Of a stretch of DNA of 64,000 nucleotides, positions 35,700-48,425 are shown in pieces; within the stretch, counting starts at the first letter, position 1; each line of letters starts with the position of its first letter. Below the pieces are notes generated by a model that saw nothing but the letters and a program-made list of their open reading frames with translations, made no database searches and was not told the origin of the DNA. Position numbers and translations under genes: made by a program. The stretch is from Vitrella brassicaformis CCMP3155 (Eukaryota > Protista > Chromerida). The stretch is taken from assembly GCA_001179505.1 (NCBI GenBank), contig CDMY01000263.1, positions 62,001-126,000 on the forward strand, given 5' to 3'.

Positions 35700-38600
35700 C
35701 TAGTCTGAACCAGGCTGCCCTGGTACTGTGGACGTAAAATATGTTCCGATCGCATGACGAAACCTGTAGTTGTACTCCTGAAACAGCACGCGCAAACATT
35801 CTTGTCTCATCGCACGGACGAATGTCTGTTCATTTTCCTGACTCGTACGTACCGTTGGACTGATCACCGTGGGGGACAGACCTGACCGCGTTCAAAGAAG
35901 GCACCAAATGAACCCACGTCTGATTCAAACTCGTTACGTGGAGACGCACCCGTTGCTAAAAGAGACATGCTCTTGCCGATAGATTCCAGCTGCTTGTCCA
36001 GCGTGTAAGGCCTGATCAGATGCCGCAGACGCGAGCCAGTCATCTCATAATTTGATTGATGATCTTCGCTGAAGTGAATCGCAGACCTGAAAAAGTCTAT
36101 CATTCCCATCGTGATTTCCTTTGTCCGCTCGTTCACTAAAAGCAACAGCGAGTAGTCCACAACATCAAGCTTTGACAGCAACAAGGTATCGTTGAAGATC
36201 TGAGGGAAAAGAAGATGGATTCAAATCGCGCAGCTGGTTGGAAATCACTTACCGCGCTCTCAATGGTCCTCATGTCACGGAGGGGCAGCGCAAGAGGGAA
36301 CCCTTTCGTATACTCACGAAAGTTCTGATCCCAAAGGACCATCGACATGACTGGTGCCCCAGCCTCCCTTTCCTGTTGCTGCTGTCCAGACGGGAGGCTT
36401 TCAGAGCTCCCTCCGCTTGCTGTTTGCACGTTGTCAGCTGAAGCGGACACCGAGACATCCTTGGAGACGCCTCGCACGACCACGTTGTACTCCGGCGGTC
36501 TTTGCTGCTCCGGATCACTCAGGGATCTCGCGGATGAGGTATCCTGAGTCTCGGATGTGGTGATCTCGGTGGTGGTTGCGGTGGTCTCCTGCTGGAGTTC
36601 CTCGCCAGACGGCTCTTCATCTGCAGGCCTCTCCGCGCTGTCAGGCCGTGTTGGAGACGGAAGTTTTGTTCCCGACCCAGTAACATTGACATAACGATTT
36701 CTACCGACTCCCTGCAGGTTGAAATTCGGCATGAAGCCGGAGATCAAATGCTCAGGCGCGAATCTTACCTTCAGGTCGAATGCTAGCACATTCTGCTCAT
36801 CCATGTTGAACCGCAGATTCTGGAGCACCACATACTGGCGTCTCCACCTTTGGTTCTTTGCTTGGTTCTTGTAGGTCACCTACGAGAAGGCAAAGACAGA
36901 AAGAATGGAGCATAGAAGTGTCACCGATAAGTAACGCACTGAAAAGAGCCCGTAGACTGAGGTAAGGGTGCTTGGAAGCTGGTGGAAGAAGATACGCGCG
37001 AAGTAGTGGAAGAAGGCGACCCCGAAGGACAAGAACATGCGGAGCTCGTATCTGTTAACTTGCTTGAATATGTATCTCCTGAGGGCATGAGGATTCAATC
37101 CTCAGAATGATAACAACTCTCTGTCCGCTTGAACTGCTTACTGATCATGAGAAATGGAGAACGAAGCCCCACTTTTTCCTCCCGATGTCTGGAAGCTCGT
37201 GCACCGACAAATTGACCGAATGAAACTCAAGTCGTCTCCACAGAGCCAATGTCGTATGGCATGAAATTGCTGAGAAGACAACAAGCGTCAAGTCATCATT
37301 GTTCGTTTGTACCACAGATCGTCTTTGGTCGTCTACCGGTGCAAAATAAACTTCAAATCAACAGGACAAGGAACAAGAAGAAATGCACGGTGAAAAAGAA
37401 CCTCGTGCTCTCATGCTCACCCGTGACAGAGAAATCTGCACCGCTGAAGGAAATGAGGAACAGGAAGAAAAGGATCCAAGGTAACGTGCTGTTTCATACA
37501 TCGCATAACGTGATAGTCCTACCCGTCATCAAAATCGACTTTGATGTGGGACTTGGTTGGCGACATCAGTATCTGTTCCATAACACGCTTCTCGCTATCT
37601 CCCCACTCTCGACCAGAACTCGCCTTAGGAGCCGAAGGAGGCTCGCCTCGAGCAGATTCCGACCCCGCCTTCTCGGTCGACGGAACGCCGGGAACCGTTG
37701 GTGCCTCGGTCGAGTGTTGCGATGGAGAGGGGACGTTCTGTTGCTGCCGTTGTACAGAGTCCTGTTGGGTTGTTGGATGGTGTCGAAACTGCTGAAGCAG
37801 TTCCTCCGACAAGGAGTGCACGTCCGAAGAGCCACCCTGGACCTCCGTCGCAGCTTCCGAGTCACTGTGCACCTCGAGTCCTTTTCTCGCCTTGGGCTGT
37901 GGTTTGGGGGCGAGGGCGTCGTTGGTGAATCTCCGGTGACTGTACGTCTCTCTCAGGTTCTTGGAAGCCTCGTCGGCCGACGACGTCTCCAGCATTGCCT
38001 CCTGTGGGCCGCTGAGGAAAACGGGCGAGTGCTCCGGAATACTCTCACAGACAGCTTGAAGCCGTGCCTTCTCAGCCCTCTCCTTTGTCAAGTCTGGGTT
38101 AGCTGGAAGTCCATCCGACCGGATCTTCTGGTCACTTGCTTCGACAGCCTCTCCTTCTTGGCTCGCTTCTTTCGCCGGCCGCGGTTCTCCGACAGGAAGA
38201 GGTGTCTCCGAAGGCTCACTCAGAGCATGGACGACTCCCCTCTGGTAACAACTGTCTTGCGATGACGGTGTACTGCTAAGGGACACAGATTTCGAAGCAA
38301 AGAGGGGCAGCGAGAACAAGCATGTGTTGGAAATGGTTGCATGTGCGACGCTGTCGTCGGTCCCGGTGACTGGAGACAGGCGACTGAGATCGAGCTTTCC
38401 GGGAGCATCAGTCGCCTCCAAAGCCGCATCGCCATTGTCGTTGGCCCCTAGAGAATCCGGTCGAGGCTGATGAAGTCGTCCTTCACTAGGTTTTGCCTCG
38501 TCTGAAGCCCTGGAGTTGCGTCGTGACGAAGACGGAGGGGCAGACGCTAAAGGGCATTGAGGCGTTCCACTCATTTTCCTCCACAAGTGTCGCATTTGAC

Positions 38601-41600
38601 CCCACAAAGGCGCGCACAGCAGGGCATAAGCGATAATAGAGCCAACATCCGCATCAGACACCGGGATGACGATTGCATGGACGCAGCGCGGCAAGGCCAA
38701 GTGCAGCTCCGCAAGCGGGCTCGTGGTACTGAGTCGCCTCTTGAAGCGGTCATGAGCACGCGACGAGAGAATCTCAAGGGCAGCGGCGCTATCAAAAGTA
38801 GTCAACGAGAGGCCATCAATGCTGACGGTGTCGTGTTGCAGAGGTTGCAGAGGCGTGGTGGTTCCGGGTGTCTCTGGGATCCCGTCTGCACTTCGACCAT
38901 GACCTTCGGAAGACGGCCCGTGTTGCGGCTTTGGAAGACCAGCAGGCACGGCTGACACACATAGAAAAACAGGAAAAGACCTCTAGCTCCAGGCAACTCA
39001 CCCCTTGCAATGAACAGCTGCTCACGTGGTGTATGTTTTTGAGAAGCAGCAGACCCGGGTACCGGGATCTTTGCGCTCAATGCAGACGACTGCACGGGTA
39101 ATTTGAAGAGGTTTGCCGTAAGGGTTGAAAGGATACCGCAATCAACGGTTAGGGATCTCATCCGCCTCCTTCCAACACCTAAAGCGAAGGGAAAGTACGC
39201 AACGTACCCGGAGCGTGGTGGTCCTCATCGCTGCATTGTTTACCATCCTTTGAGAAGACAGCCGACGTTCGGCGACTGATTTCCGCCGTCGTCCGTTCGG
39301 CCTCATGAGAGACTGTGTACACAAGAAGGGTTAGCAACATGGCATGTTTTTCCCGACGCACCAGTGCTTTAATTACCTGCAGGGAGATCTAACGCGCTCT
39401 TGGACTTCCGAGCGAGGGGATGTTTGGGTAGGGATTCGGCTGCGGAGTTCCTGTTGCCGAGTGAAAACAGGATGAATGCGCGCATGACCTTCTGGTTCAG
39501 AAGGCGATTCCACTTCCCGGATCCGCGGAAGGTGCCTTCCAGAGATAGCTGGTCACGAATGAAAGATGACAGACGCTCGCTGGGGGGCCGCTCTGGCGGT
39601 GCTGGTGCTGCTGTTGCTGCTGTTGCTGCTGCTGGTGCTGTTGCTGTTGCAACAGCGGAGGACGAATTAGGCAAGCTGATCCTCCTACCCGCAACCAGTA
39701 ACTGCACAAGAGCGAGACAAAACTCGACATGCACATGCCGTGACTGAGTTCAAGTTTAATTTCGCTCACACTTATGGCAGCCACTTCTCGAAGGAGCAAC
39801 AGATCCGAGAACTTCATTGCTGGGATTCGAGACGCTGCAGACTGGCTATTGGTGACCGAGACGGCAGAAGAAGGCGGTGGCAACACGGCGTAGAACTGCT
39901 CCTTCATAGTAAATGTGCATCGAACAAACTCCCTTTTCAGGATGTTCAGGGACAGAATGTCGAGATGCTCCCGCAGAGCATCGAACCTGAGATACCGACG
40001 CATGATCGAGAGAATTCAGACAAACGCTTATCATCGATGTACTTCATGGGGAAGGCTCGGAAATTCAGGGCAACGCGTCTGCGGATGTCCTCGATGCCCT
40101 GCAAAACGCGTTGGACCTTTTCTCCACAGAGAGGTTTTGTATTCTATTTATGGGTGCGACCTTTATGGTTTTCTGCCACATGATCCGCTCGCTACTCGTG
40201 CACCAGACAAGGAAATCAATGACCTAAAAGAAGACAAGAGAAGAATTTTCTTCCGAAGGACCGAAAGCCAGCAGAGCACTTGCCTGTTCCTCAATGGATT
40301 GGAACAGCTCCATCATGTCTCGAAACAAATCCGTAGTCAACGCCTCGAGATTCTCCAAATCTTTTGCGACGAGTTGAGTGGGCTGCATCTGCAAAACTTG
40401 AGGCGCTTTTATCGTCTCCAAACTCGGTTCCGTTTCTGGAGGGTGCCTGTCGACGGGTCTGGGCTCGTTTACTGGTCGAGGCTTCGACGCTCGAAGGTCA
40501 CGCGAACTCAGCACTGGCACACTGTTGATGAGTGGTAGATGCTGAGTAAGCTTAATCTTGTAACATGGCATTGCCTCCCACTCGAAAGCGACCACCTGAG
40601 CCAAGGCATGAGATGTCTTTGTTGGTCTACGCGAGTTCATTTTCTACCAGGCTCGAAGTCGCAAAACACTTCACATGATTCCGGAACACAAGATGGTTGC
40701 ATTCTCTTAGCCTACAAGAACAAATGAATTTCACGGTTGACGCACTGAAAAGCATGAAGCTTCACCTGCAGGTGTAGCTCTTGTTGAGGAAGAAAATGTT
40801 GAGAAACTTCGAAAACGGTAGCCGTCCACTTGCTTCACCAGAAGAGCACGAACAGAAAGGACATAGGATCAGAATTTTAAGTTTTGATTCGTGCCGAAGA
40901 CCTACCCTTCGTGAGCGGATTTCTCGGTGTGACCTCCTTTTGACATAGTTTGCACCAATGCCAAGTCAGAATTTGCGAAGGTTGCCGCCTGGAAGAAGTC
41001 TCGGCTAGATGGTCACCGCCGCCCTCTGTCACTTGAAGAGTGAAAGAGTACGCTGACGGGTTCGATGAAGAGATTAACGTGTCCTCAACATCGGTTCGGC
41101 TGTCGTCGGATTGATCCGGCAACGACGCTGATGGCGTTAGTCCGCGAGAGTCATCTTGAGGCTGTTTCAAATGACACTACGATACTTGTGGCCGCATCAT
41201 GATTCTGCATTCGTACTTACACGCTCGCGGATAGTGACGAGAAGCCGATGATGGAGGTGTTGGTAGCAGAGGACGTGCCTTGTTAGAGGCAGCCTGCAGC
41301 GAGACTGGTTGCCGGGACACTTCCTGAAAGAGATTCGGACAAGAGCATGCGAGGTGCTTCAGAGCGTTTGCATCTGCAGTAGTTACCGAATGTCTGCGTT
41401 GAAACACCGATTCTCCAGGAAGCTGGAAAGGTGCACATGGACATTTATGCACAAATCGGGTGCTCTCAAGCATTTCTTTACTCCTGAAGGGTCATGTCTT
41501 CGGGAGCCAGGAAACGCATGGTGTCCAACTGCAAAACGATAGTGAACAGAATGTCAGTGTCTGATGAGTTTCTTACCCCAGGAATGTCAGTGTCTGATGA

Positions 41601-44600
41601 ATTTCTTACCCCAGGTTCGACGCATTGATTCTGTTTGCCAACCTAGTGAGACAAATCAAAGAAGCAATACCAAAAAAAGCATTTCAATTCGAAATCTGGA
41701 AGTGATAATCCTCCTACCCAAAAGAACAGGAAGTCAACACGTTGACTCGCTTCCCAATGGAAAGCATGGTCGAAGACCTTCACCCAATCCAGGCCCGTTC
41801 CATCAGCTCGCATGAAATCCTGAAACAAATAAACTTCGAAGGTTAACCACGGCAAGATGTATGGCAAGGAGCATACCGCGACAGGCCGCCGACCACACAG
41901 GCGCGCAAGCATGTCTTTCTCAGAGAGCTCCAGACAGGGCGAAGACTGCGCCCAACGAAGCCACCTCGCTGGGCTCCCACGCTTAGAAAATGCTCCCTCT
42001 GCTCTCTTGTCATCAGTCTCTCTCTCAGGGGCGACACTGCTGGGAGCCTCATCGGTCTCTCTGTCCGGGGCGGCAGTACTGGAGTCTTGCAGTAAAACAT
42101 CGGCATCAGATGGGGGAAGCTTTTGCTTTTTGGTGATGTTCTTCTGCTTCCGCCTCTTTGCTTTTTCCAAGATGGTCTTGTACGCGCTTGTACGCACAGA
42201 GGGCCGGTCGCTGCAGAATGCTGCTCTCGCCAAGGAATCAGCGGGAAGTTTCTTCACCGGGGGAGCAGCGGGACCTGACTGTTTCTTGATCACTCCCAAG
42301 CGTTTTCGAAAGAGAAGCATGCCCTCGCTGGGAGTTGGAAGGTCCATCGGCTGCTGCAGTTTGTCCAGCCACGCGAAGGTTGATGATGCCTTCCCGCGAT
42401 CCTTGAGTGAGGAAAGGCAAGATGATGATGATCTTGAAACCGTGCAGAAGCTGTCGAAACAGAAGCTGCAAAGGAACAACAATGGACAGAGCGTCAACTT
42501 GCTTCTGCGCGCTGTCTCTCTTTATTCTTACTCGGCCTCTAGTTTCAGACAGTAAGCAAGACGAATGGCCCAGCGAAGAACTTTCTTTGCTCTCGACAGC
42601 ACGCCCTCCTGAGACATAGGGTCAGGATCGATCTGGTCAGAAGACCTTTCCCCACGTGAATCATCCCCACGCAAGCAGATCGTGCACCCCCGATCCGGAA
42701 GGCAACCTGCGTGAACGGAGAGTCGTTTTGATTAGGTCTCTGGTTGCATGTTTGTTTCACCTTCCAGAACGACGAGAGGAACTTGGTTTGGGTCCTCCTC
42801 GAGACGCAGAACTGAAAACCGACGACAAAAGCCTAGTATCTGCTGCTGCTTTGGCTACAAATCCACCGAAAAAGCCCAATACTACAATCCGCTCGCAATT
42901 ATCCACATTTTCGTCGTGGCTCATACCTTGTCTGACAAGTCGATTGAAGGAAGAATCGTCGCCCCTGTGCACTGACTTATCCGTTTCAACGTCTTCGCAG
43001 GCACGTTGACGATCAAGGTGACTCCACTCTCCCTAAGAGCCAGTGAAGACAATTCAAATCACAGTGTCGAGGCGCTTATTTCTTCTTCTTCTTAGTTCTT
43101 GGCCACCGCAGGCGTTCTTGGGCTATCCTGGCAACGCTCTTCTCGCACTGAAGAACGAATGGGAAAGCGGACAGAAACCATTCGCTGTTTTATTCACGGT
43201 CCATTGCTTCACTGCCGCTGACAATCAGGAGGTTAGGGCGTAACTCCACGATCTGAACGGAACCAAGACCAGACCCCTCGCGTTGACCTGTGTTGCTGTC
43301 ATGGTTTGCCAATTCGAACCTTGTTCACAAGAATGTCGACATAATGCAGCTCCTGCTCGATCAATGAATCTGTTGAAGACATCGTCACTTAAGATGTCGC
43401 AAGCAGTGATATCACATGCCGCTCACCCAGGGACGTGAATTTGTTTTGTCCGCGCTGAAATTCCAACTCAGACGAAAGAAGGAGGATCCTCACGTTTTCA
43501 ATACTGCAGCAAACCATACTCAAGGTGTGTCCTGTGGCCACCGGTCCCGCCTTCCTTTGTTTCGACCGTGGCTCCGTCTTCCTTGCCTGTCCATCATTTT
43601 GCGGTGACACAAGTTTTTCGGAAACACCACGCCGTCGACGTAGAACGAGTTCGATATGTCCGCCCCTCGAATCCTCTTTATCTGCACAGTCCACCAAGGT
43701 GGGCCGATCGTGATGCTTGCTGATGCCTATCAGCTAATGATAATACCTTCACATTTCGTAAGACATCAAGGTCTGAATGGTCGGTGCATTGAATCCTCTC
43801 CACACACCTCAAAGCCATTCCGCGGATAACATGAGCATATGTGTCACTCAGTCCCAACAACCGACAGAAAGTCAGCACACTTCCATCCAAATACCCCCAC
43901 GCCTCGCTCTGATGAAAGACATATGCACCGTCACCTAAATTGCCGGTATCTACTGCTACACTATAGTATACTACCGTCAGAGCTTTCTTTGCGCTCGTCT
44001 CGGAATCTGTCACCTGGGGGGTCGCCTCCTCGACCTAAACAGACCAGCAGACCAGTGCACCTCATGAGTGAAGCGGCAGAACGCGTTGTCAGCCGGTATG
44101 GTGTGGACCTGGGGCTCAGATAGCGTGTCACTGGACTGCTCAAGGCCATCAAAAGCCTCGCTCTCTCTCGCGACGCGATGCGGCTCGACATCTGCGTGTC
44201 TCGCCCAGAATGTCGCTTGCGGCTGAATGTCATCTGCTGAATCGTCGTCTGCTCGAGCCGATGCTGCTCGGACTTCTCCGCTCGCAGACGACGATTCGTC
44301 TTCGCTCTTCAGAGGCCAAGCAGGGACCGTCAGTCGCGCTCGTGATCGCATATGTTCATCCTTCTCCGCAATGCGGCGACAGAAGTCGCACACCCGGACG
44401 CTTCCGTGAACTCCCAGCTGCTTTCCCGGAAGGAAGTTGGAGCAGCAGCTGTTGCAGAAAATCTGCAGAAAGCACACCGACGACCTCTTTCATGACAGCT
44501 CTTGCTCGTCTCAGACTACCTGGCCGCACAGCCGACAATGATGTCGCCTTCGGAAAGTGTGGAAGGGAAGCGAGCATTGATAGCAAGCTTTGCCTACACG

Positions 44601-44854
44601 ACAAACACAAATGAGATATGGATAGCTGTCAGAACTTCTGCTTACACTTTTTGTCGGGCATCCAAAACTTCTTTGCATGGGCTTGCCCTGCAGCAAGCAC
44701 AGTACACACGAAATAATCATACACTTACATTATACCCAGTGCGCAACCTACCTGATTCTGTCGGCGCCAGGCTTCTGCTTGAGCGTGCGACGACTGGCGG
44801 GATAAACAGTCGCGCTCCCTCATCGTCAACATCACCACCATGCTCAGATGACAT
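35700..44854 (-). CDS. PIKFYVE: 1-phosphatidylinositol-3-phosphate 5-kinase PIKfyve/FAB1
   Basis: FYVE domain KFWMPDKS|GKACYQCSLPFHTFRRRHHCRLCGQ|IFCNSCC. Chaperonin-like segment near 43400-43950. Conserved CVEPG|LDTMRFLAPEDMTLQD…CFN and WHWCKLC. PIPK domain FKQVNRYEL, LAFDLK, VLWDQNF, VVDYSLL, GMIDF, RPYTLDKQLE, PTVISP|EYNYRF. The start is the nearest plausible ATG. Confidence 0.93.
41549..41614 (-). repeat. 33-bp tandem duplication of a PIKfyve 5' splice site
   Basis: GAATGTCAGTGTCTGATGA(G/A)TTTCTTACCCCAG x2. On the minus strand each copy contains CTGGG|GTAAGAAA. Confidence 0.95.
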
Positions 44855-45125
44855 TTGGGGGGACAAGATCTGCGAAAGCTCGCAATGTCTGCGAGCTAAG
44901 CGAGGCGAAAGAGTTTCTTTCCCTAGAAGAAGGATCTCCTGTTTCACAGAAAGGTAAGATGGATAAGAGATACATTACCAGCTGCTGTTGCTCTCTGTAT
45001 CTGTGCGCGGTTCTTGTTGTTCAGGTGATTTTCTCGGCCTCTCTCTGCTCATTGACTCAAGGTCAGTGTTTGATCGGCCTAGCGGTCTGAGAGCTTTAGC
45101 TTTGCACTATCAGAGCCGCTCACTG

Positions 45126-45941
45126 ATGGGGCGCCAGAAGGCGCCCATCTATCTGCACAGTGGCTGGTGGGCGCAGTTGCAACCGGACGGCCTGTACATT
45201 CAAGCGCATGAGCAGCAGGGTATAGCTGTGCAGGACGGGCTGCTAGACGTTCGTGAGATCTGCCTGTGTGTACTGTGGATAGGGAAGAGCGTTGATCGCG
45301 TTGTGCTGCGAGGTGAGTGAGAGAGAGAGTGACGTGACGGTGGTCTTAGGCGGTCGTGTGCGCGAATCTGTGTGTGTCCTCGCACTACTCTACCTACACC
45401 ATCAACAGTTCACGACCCCAGGTATTACCGGTGCGATGACCAGCTTTCCCATTCATCCATTCATCCAATCATCCAATCATCCATGCATCTGTCTGTCTGA
45501 TTATCAGGGGGTGCCAACGCTGCAAATATGGCACGATGCGGGTCCCTCTATACCGTGAAGAGGGAGGCATCTTCCACCTCAGTGAAGAAGTCCCAGCTTC
45601 TCACGAGTGCTTCATGTTCAAAAAGGGTGAGGTGCTTGTTGTGTCTTGGTTAGCCAGTCCTCGCCTATATGTCTGCGTGACTGTGTGTATGCTTGTTTTC
45701 AGTGGAGCCGTCCACGTCCTGGCAGGTGACGGCGATGTGCAATATGCTATGTGTGTAAGTGATAAAGGTGAGATGCGTTGTGTCCATTCAGATATGTCCC
45801 TACTGTGTCCATGCGAGGGCGATCTCATACAGCAACTTCTCGGAGCATGTGGCCAAGATGCATCCCGGGTTAGCAGAAAGGCACGGCAGTGAAAACAAGC
45901 AAGGCAGGATCTTTCTCCTCTCGTCGCCAACAGGCAGGTAG
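45126..45941 (+). CDS. Hypothetical 163-aa protein with a C-terminal C2H2-type zinc finger
   Basis: Phase-consistent exons 45126-45312, 45409-45421, 45508-45626, 45703-45725 and 45792-45941. Contains GCQRC and ICPYCVHARAISYSNFSEHVAKMHP (CxxC-x13-H-x4-H). Confidence 0.55.
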
Positions 45942-46090
45942 CTGGGCGACGACAGCGGGAGAGACAGGTGCCTCTCAATCACTCGTCAACCGGTACGTAC
46001 GTACTGCCGAAAGTCTGACGTGACGCCCTCGCTGACTTGTTAGTCAGCTTTGTCCTTGGTCGTCGTTTAGACTCATCGGCCGGCCAGCCC

Positions 46091-47960
46091 ATGAGCCTGC
46101 CGGGCATGGGATGGGAAGTCGACCACAACGGTGTGGCCGAACCGGAGCTTTTTGGTGCATACTCACTGCAAGTGAGGTGGTGCACAGCACAGATGGCCTG
46201 ACATTCGACGATACCCCTGCCTGGTGCTGCTCAGGAGTGGGGCTTCGCCAGCGAAGTGCAAATGCCAATGTTGGCATTTGGGGACTCGCTCAGTGCTCCG
46301 TCACAGCTGTCCAAGGGGCCAGCTGATGGAGACGACGCTGTCCGGCCCAAGAGAGAAGCATCTGATGAAGCCGAGCTCGAGGCCGACCCGTCGGTTGAGG
46401 AGCTCTGGTATGTGTGTATGTGACACGCACACCCCTGCCATTTACATGCAGTGTAGTGTGCCCTTTCTTGCTTGCAGCTCGCTCTTCAAAGGCTTTATGA
46501 GTCCAATCGAGCAGCAGGCGTCTTCGTCGAAGCAGCACCGGACAGAAGGTCGTCCCCATCCAAACTGGGAGAGTGACACGACCCGTTCGCGCACCGACAG
46601 TGACCACGAGTGCATTCGTGTGAGGGTGACTTCAGAGCTCCGACACGGCAGCTGTTCAGTCGTGTTGCTTCGTACCTACGATGATTCACCGGTCCGTTCA
46701 TCCGTTGTCTTCTCTATTCCGCTGGCAGTGCACTGCACTGACGGGGTGATTCGTCGGCTGGGGCCCTGGTTATTGTATCAGATCGAGCTGCATATCCGAC
46801 CGGACGGCTCGCAATCAATCGATGAATTGGCATTCACCGTGGCCATGCAGGAGGGCAACGGCGTTTTTGCCGTCAATATCCAGCGAGTCGATCTAAGTGA
46901 GTGGTGGACGGACAGACAGAGGGAGGGAGGGAGGGAGGAAGGAGGATGGTCAGTCGATGATCTCTTTCTTTTGTGTGTTGCGTTCCGCGTGTGTAGGTGG
47001 TGCGGCGTGCGAGAAAGATCCCACCATTGAAAGCATGGTCAAGTGCCATCCAAAGGAACAACTCGACTATGTCATCTCCTTCAGGTGGGACTGCACGGAG
47101 AAAGAGCGAATGGTGTCCGATACCGTGTGTGTGTGTTTTGACTTGCAGGGATTTGGCTTTGTATCACCGTGATGCACTCGTTTCCACCAACAATGTGGGT
47201 GCCGGTGGAGTACACTCTGCAATCAATCGGAAGGGGAGGGAACGACAGAGAACAGCACTTTCTGTCTTTCAGGTGAGGAAGCGACCCGATAAGCATGAAT
47301 GGTGCAGCTATCGGCGAAGTGTCCTCGGGGACTGTATCGAGGTTGGTGAGCTTGATGTGAAGGAGTGCCGCGTCGCACTGGCCTGTGGGGACACAACCTG
47401 GCGTTTCAACAAGATGAACGCTGAGGTATGTTTTGGCACTGAGGAGGGAGGGAGGGGGGGAGGGAGGGAGGGAGGAGGCAGCGAAGCGTTTTGACATCGA
47501 AACAGGGATGTTTGGTCAGTACATTCAAAGCGACTTAGCAATTGCCTCTCTCTGTTTGTTGTATCTGCCTACCATGATCTGCACTTCTGCAGTACCTAGT
47601 TGGCAACCTGTATGGCGCTGGAGCCCAGCTGTACTTGAAGCCCCCGCGGTCCCATCACGGCGGCGTCGTCACATGCCTGTCATTCGATAGGAATTGTTCC
47701 TTTCAGCCTGGCGGCTCCTTCCAGCCTGGCGTTTTCCGGGTACAGTCGGTAGACTGGGAACTCGGGGACTGACTGACTGACTTGTTGTGTCTGGTGTATC
47801 TGGTGTGTATATGCAGGTTGACGGGTGTGTGTCGTGGGCGAGAAGGAGCCAGCTGACGGTCCAGTCTGCTTCGATGAAGCTTGTTTTCAGCAAAAACATT
47901 TCTGTGTCGTCGCTCGAGGCGGGCACGGGCGTGCTAATGCGCAATCTGCTGGGCGATTGA
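46091..47960 (+). CDS. Hypothetical 445-aa protein
   Basis: Seven phase-consistent GT-AG exons (46091-46171, 46235-46407, 46478-46896, 46997-47084, 47149-47425, 47593-47748, 47817-47960) total 1338 nt. No motif recognised. Confidence 0.6.
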
Positions 47961-48425
47961 TAGAGACATCATCGGGGCTTTTCGTCCACGTTATGTTCAT
48001 CGGCCTGTTTGTCTTTTGTCATTTCCTGACTGCGTTTCACATGAATGACGCCCACGGGGACGACGAGGCGTGCATTAATTGCCCGGTTTGGTACGGTGTG
48101 TACATAGCGGTGTGGTGATCATCGTGGGACGGTGCATGATGACATTCGTCTTATTTGCCCTCAAGTCTCTCCAGCAAATCACCTGTCAACTTGAGCAATG
48201 TCGTGGTGCACACAGCAATGGGCTGAAGGCAGGTTGACAGGAGGCGCCAGAGGTCATTGGAGTTTGTAAGGCCAGGGTGGAGCGTTTGGCGTCGAGTGTG
48301 CCGACGCAGCAAACCAGGAAAGTGTTGCAAAGCAGCAAAGCCATCATATTCCTGTATTACTATTTCCTCCTTGGGAATAAAAGGACGGTGGTGGTGCACG
48401 CTTGACCGCTTGAGGCGATTATTAT

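Noticed and set aside
37249-38265. 338-aa plus-strand ORF (also 41857-42555 and 39915-40538)
   Set aside because: Antisense shadows of long PIKfyve exons, Arg/Leu-rich with no motif.
39497-39734. Poly-Gln stretch in a minus-strand ORF
   Set aside because: Splice phases place this segment in the Thr/Ala/Pro frame of PIKfyve; the Gln run is in another frame.
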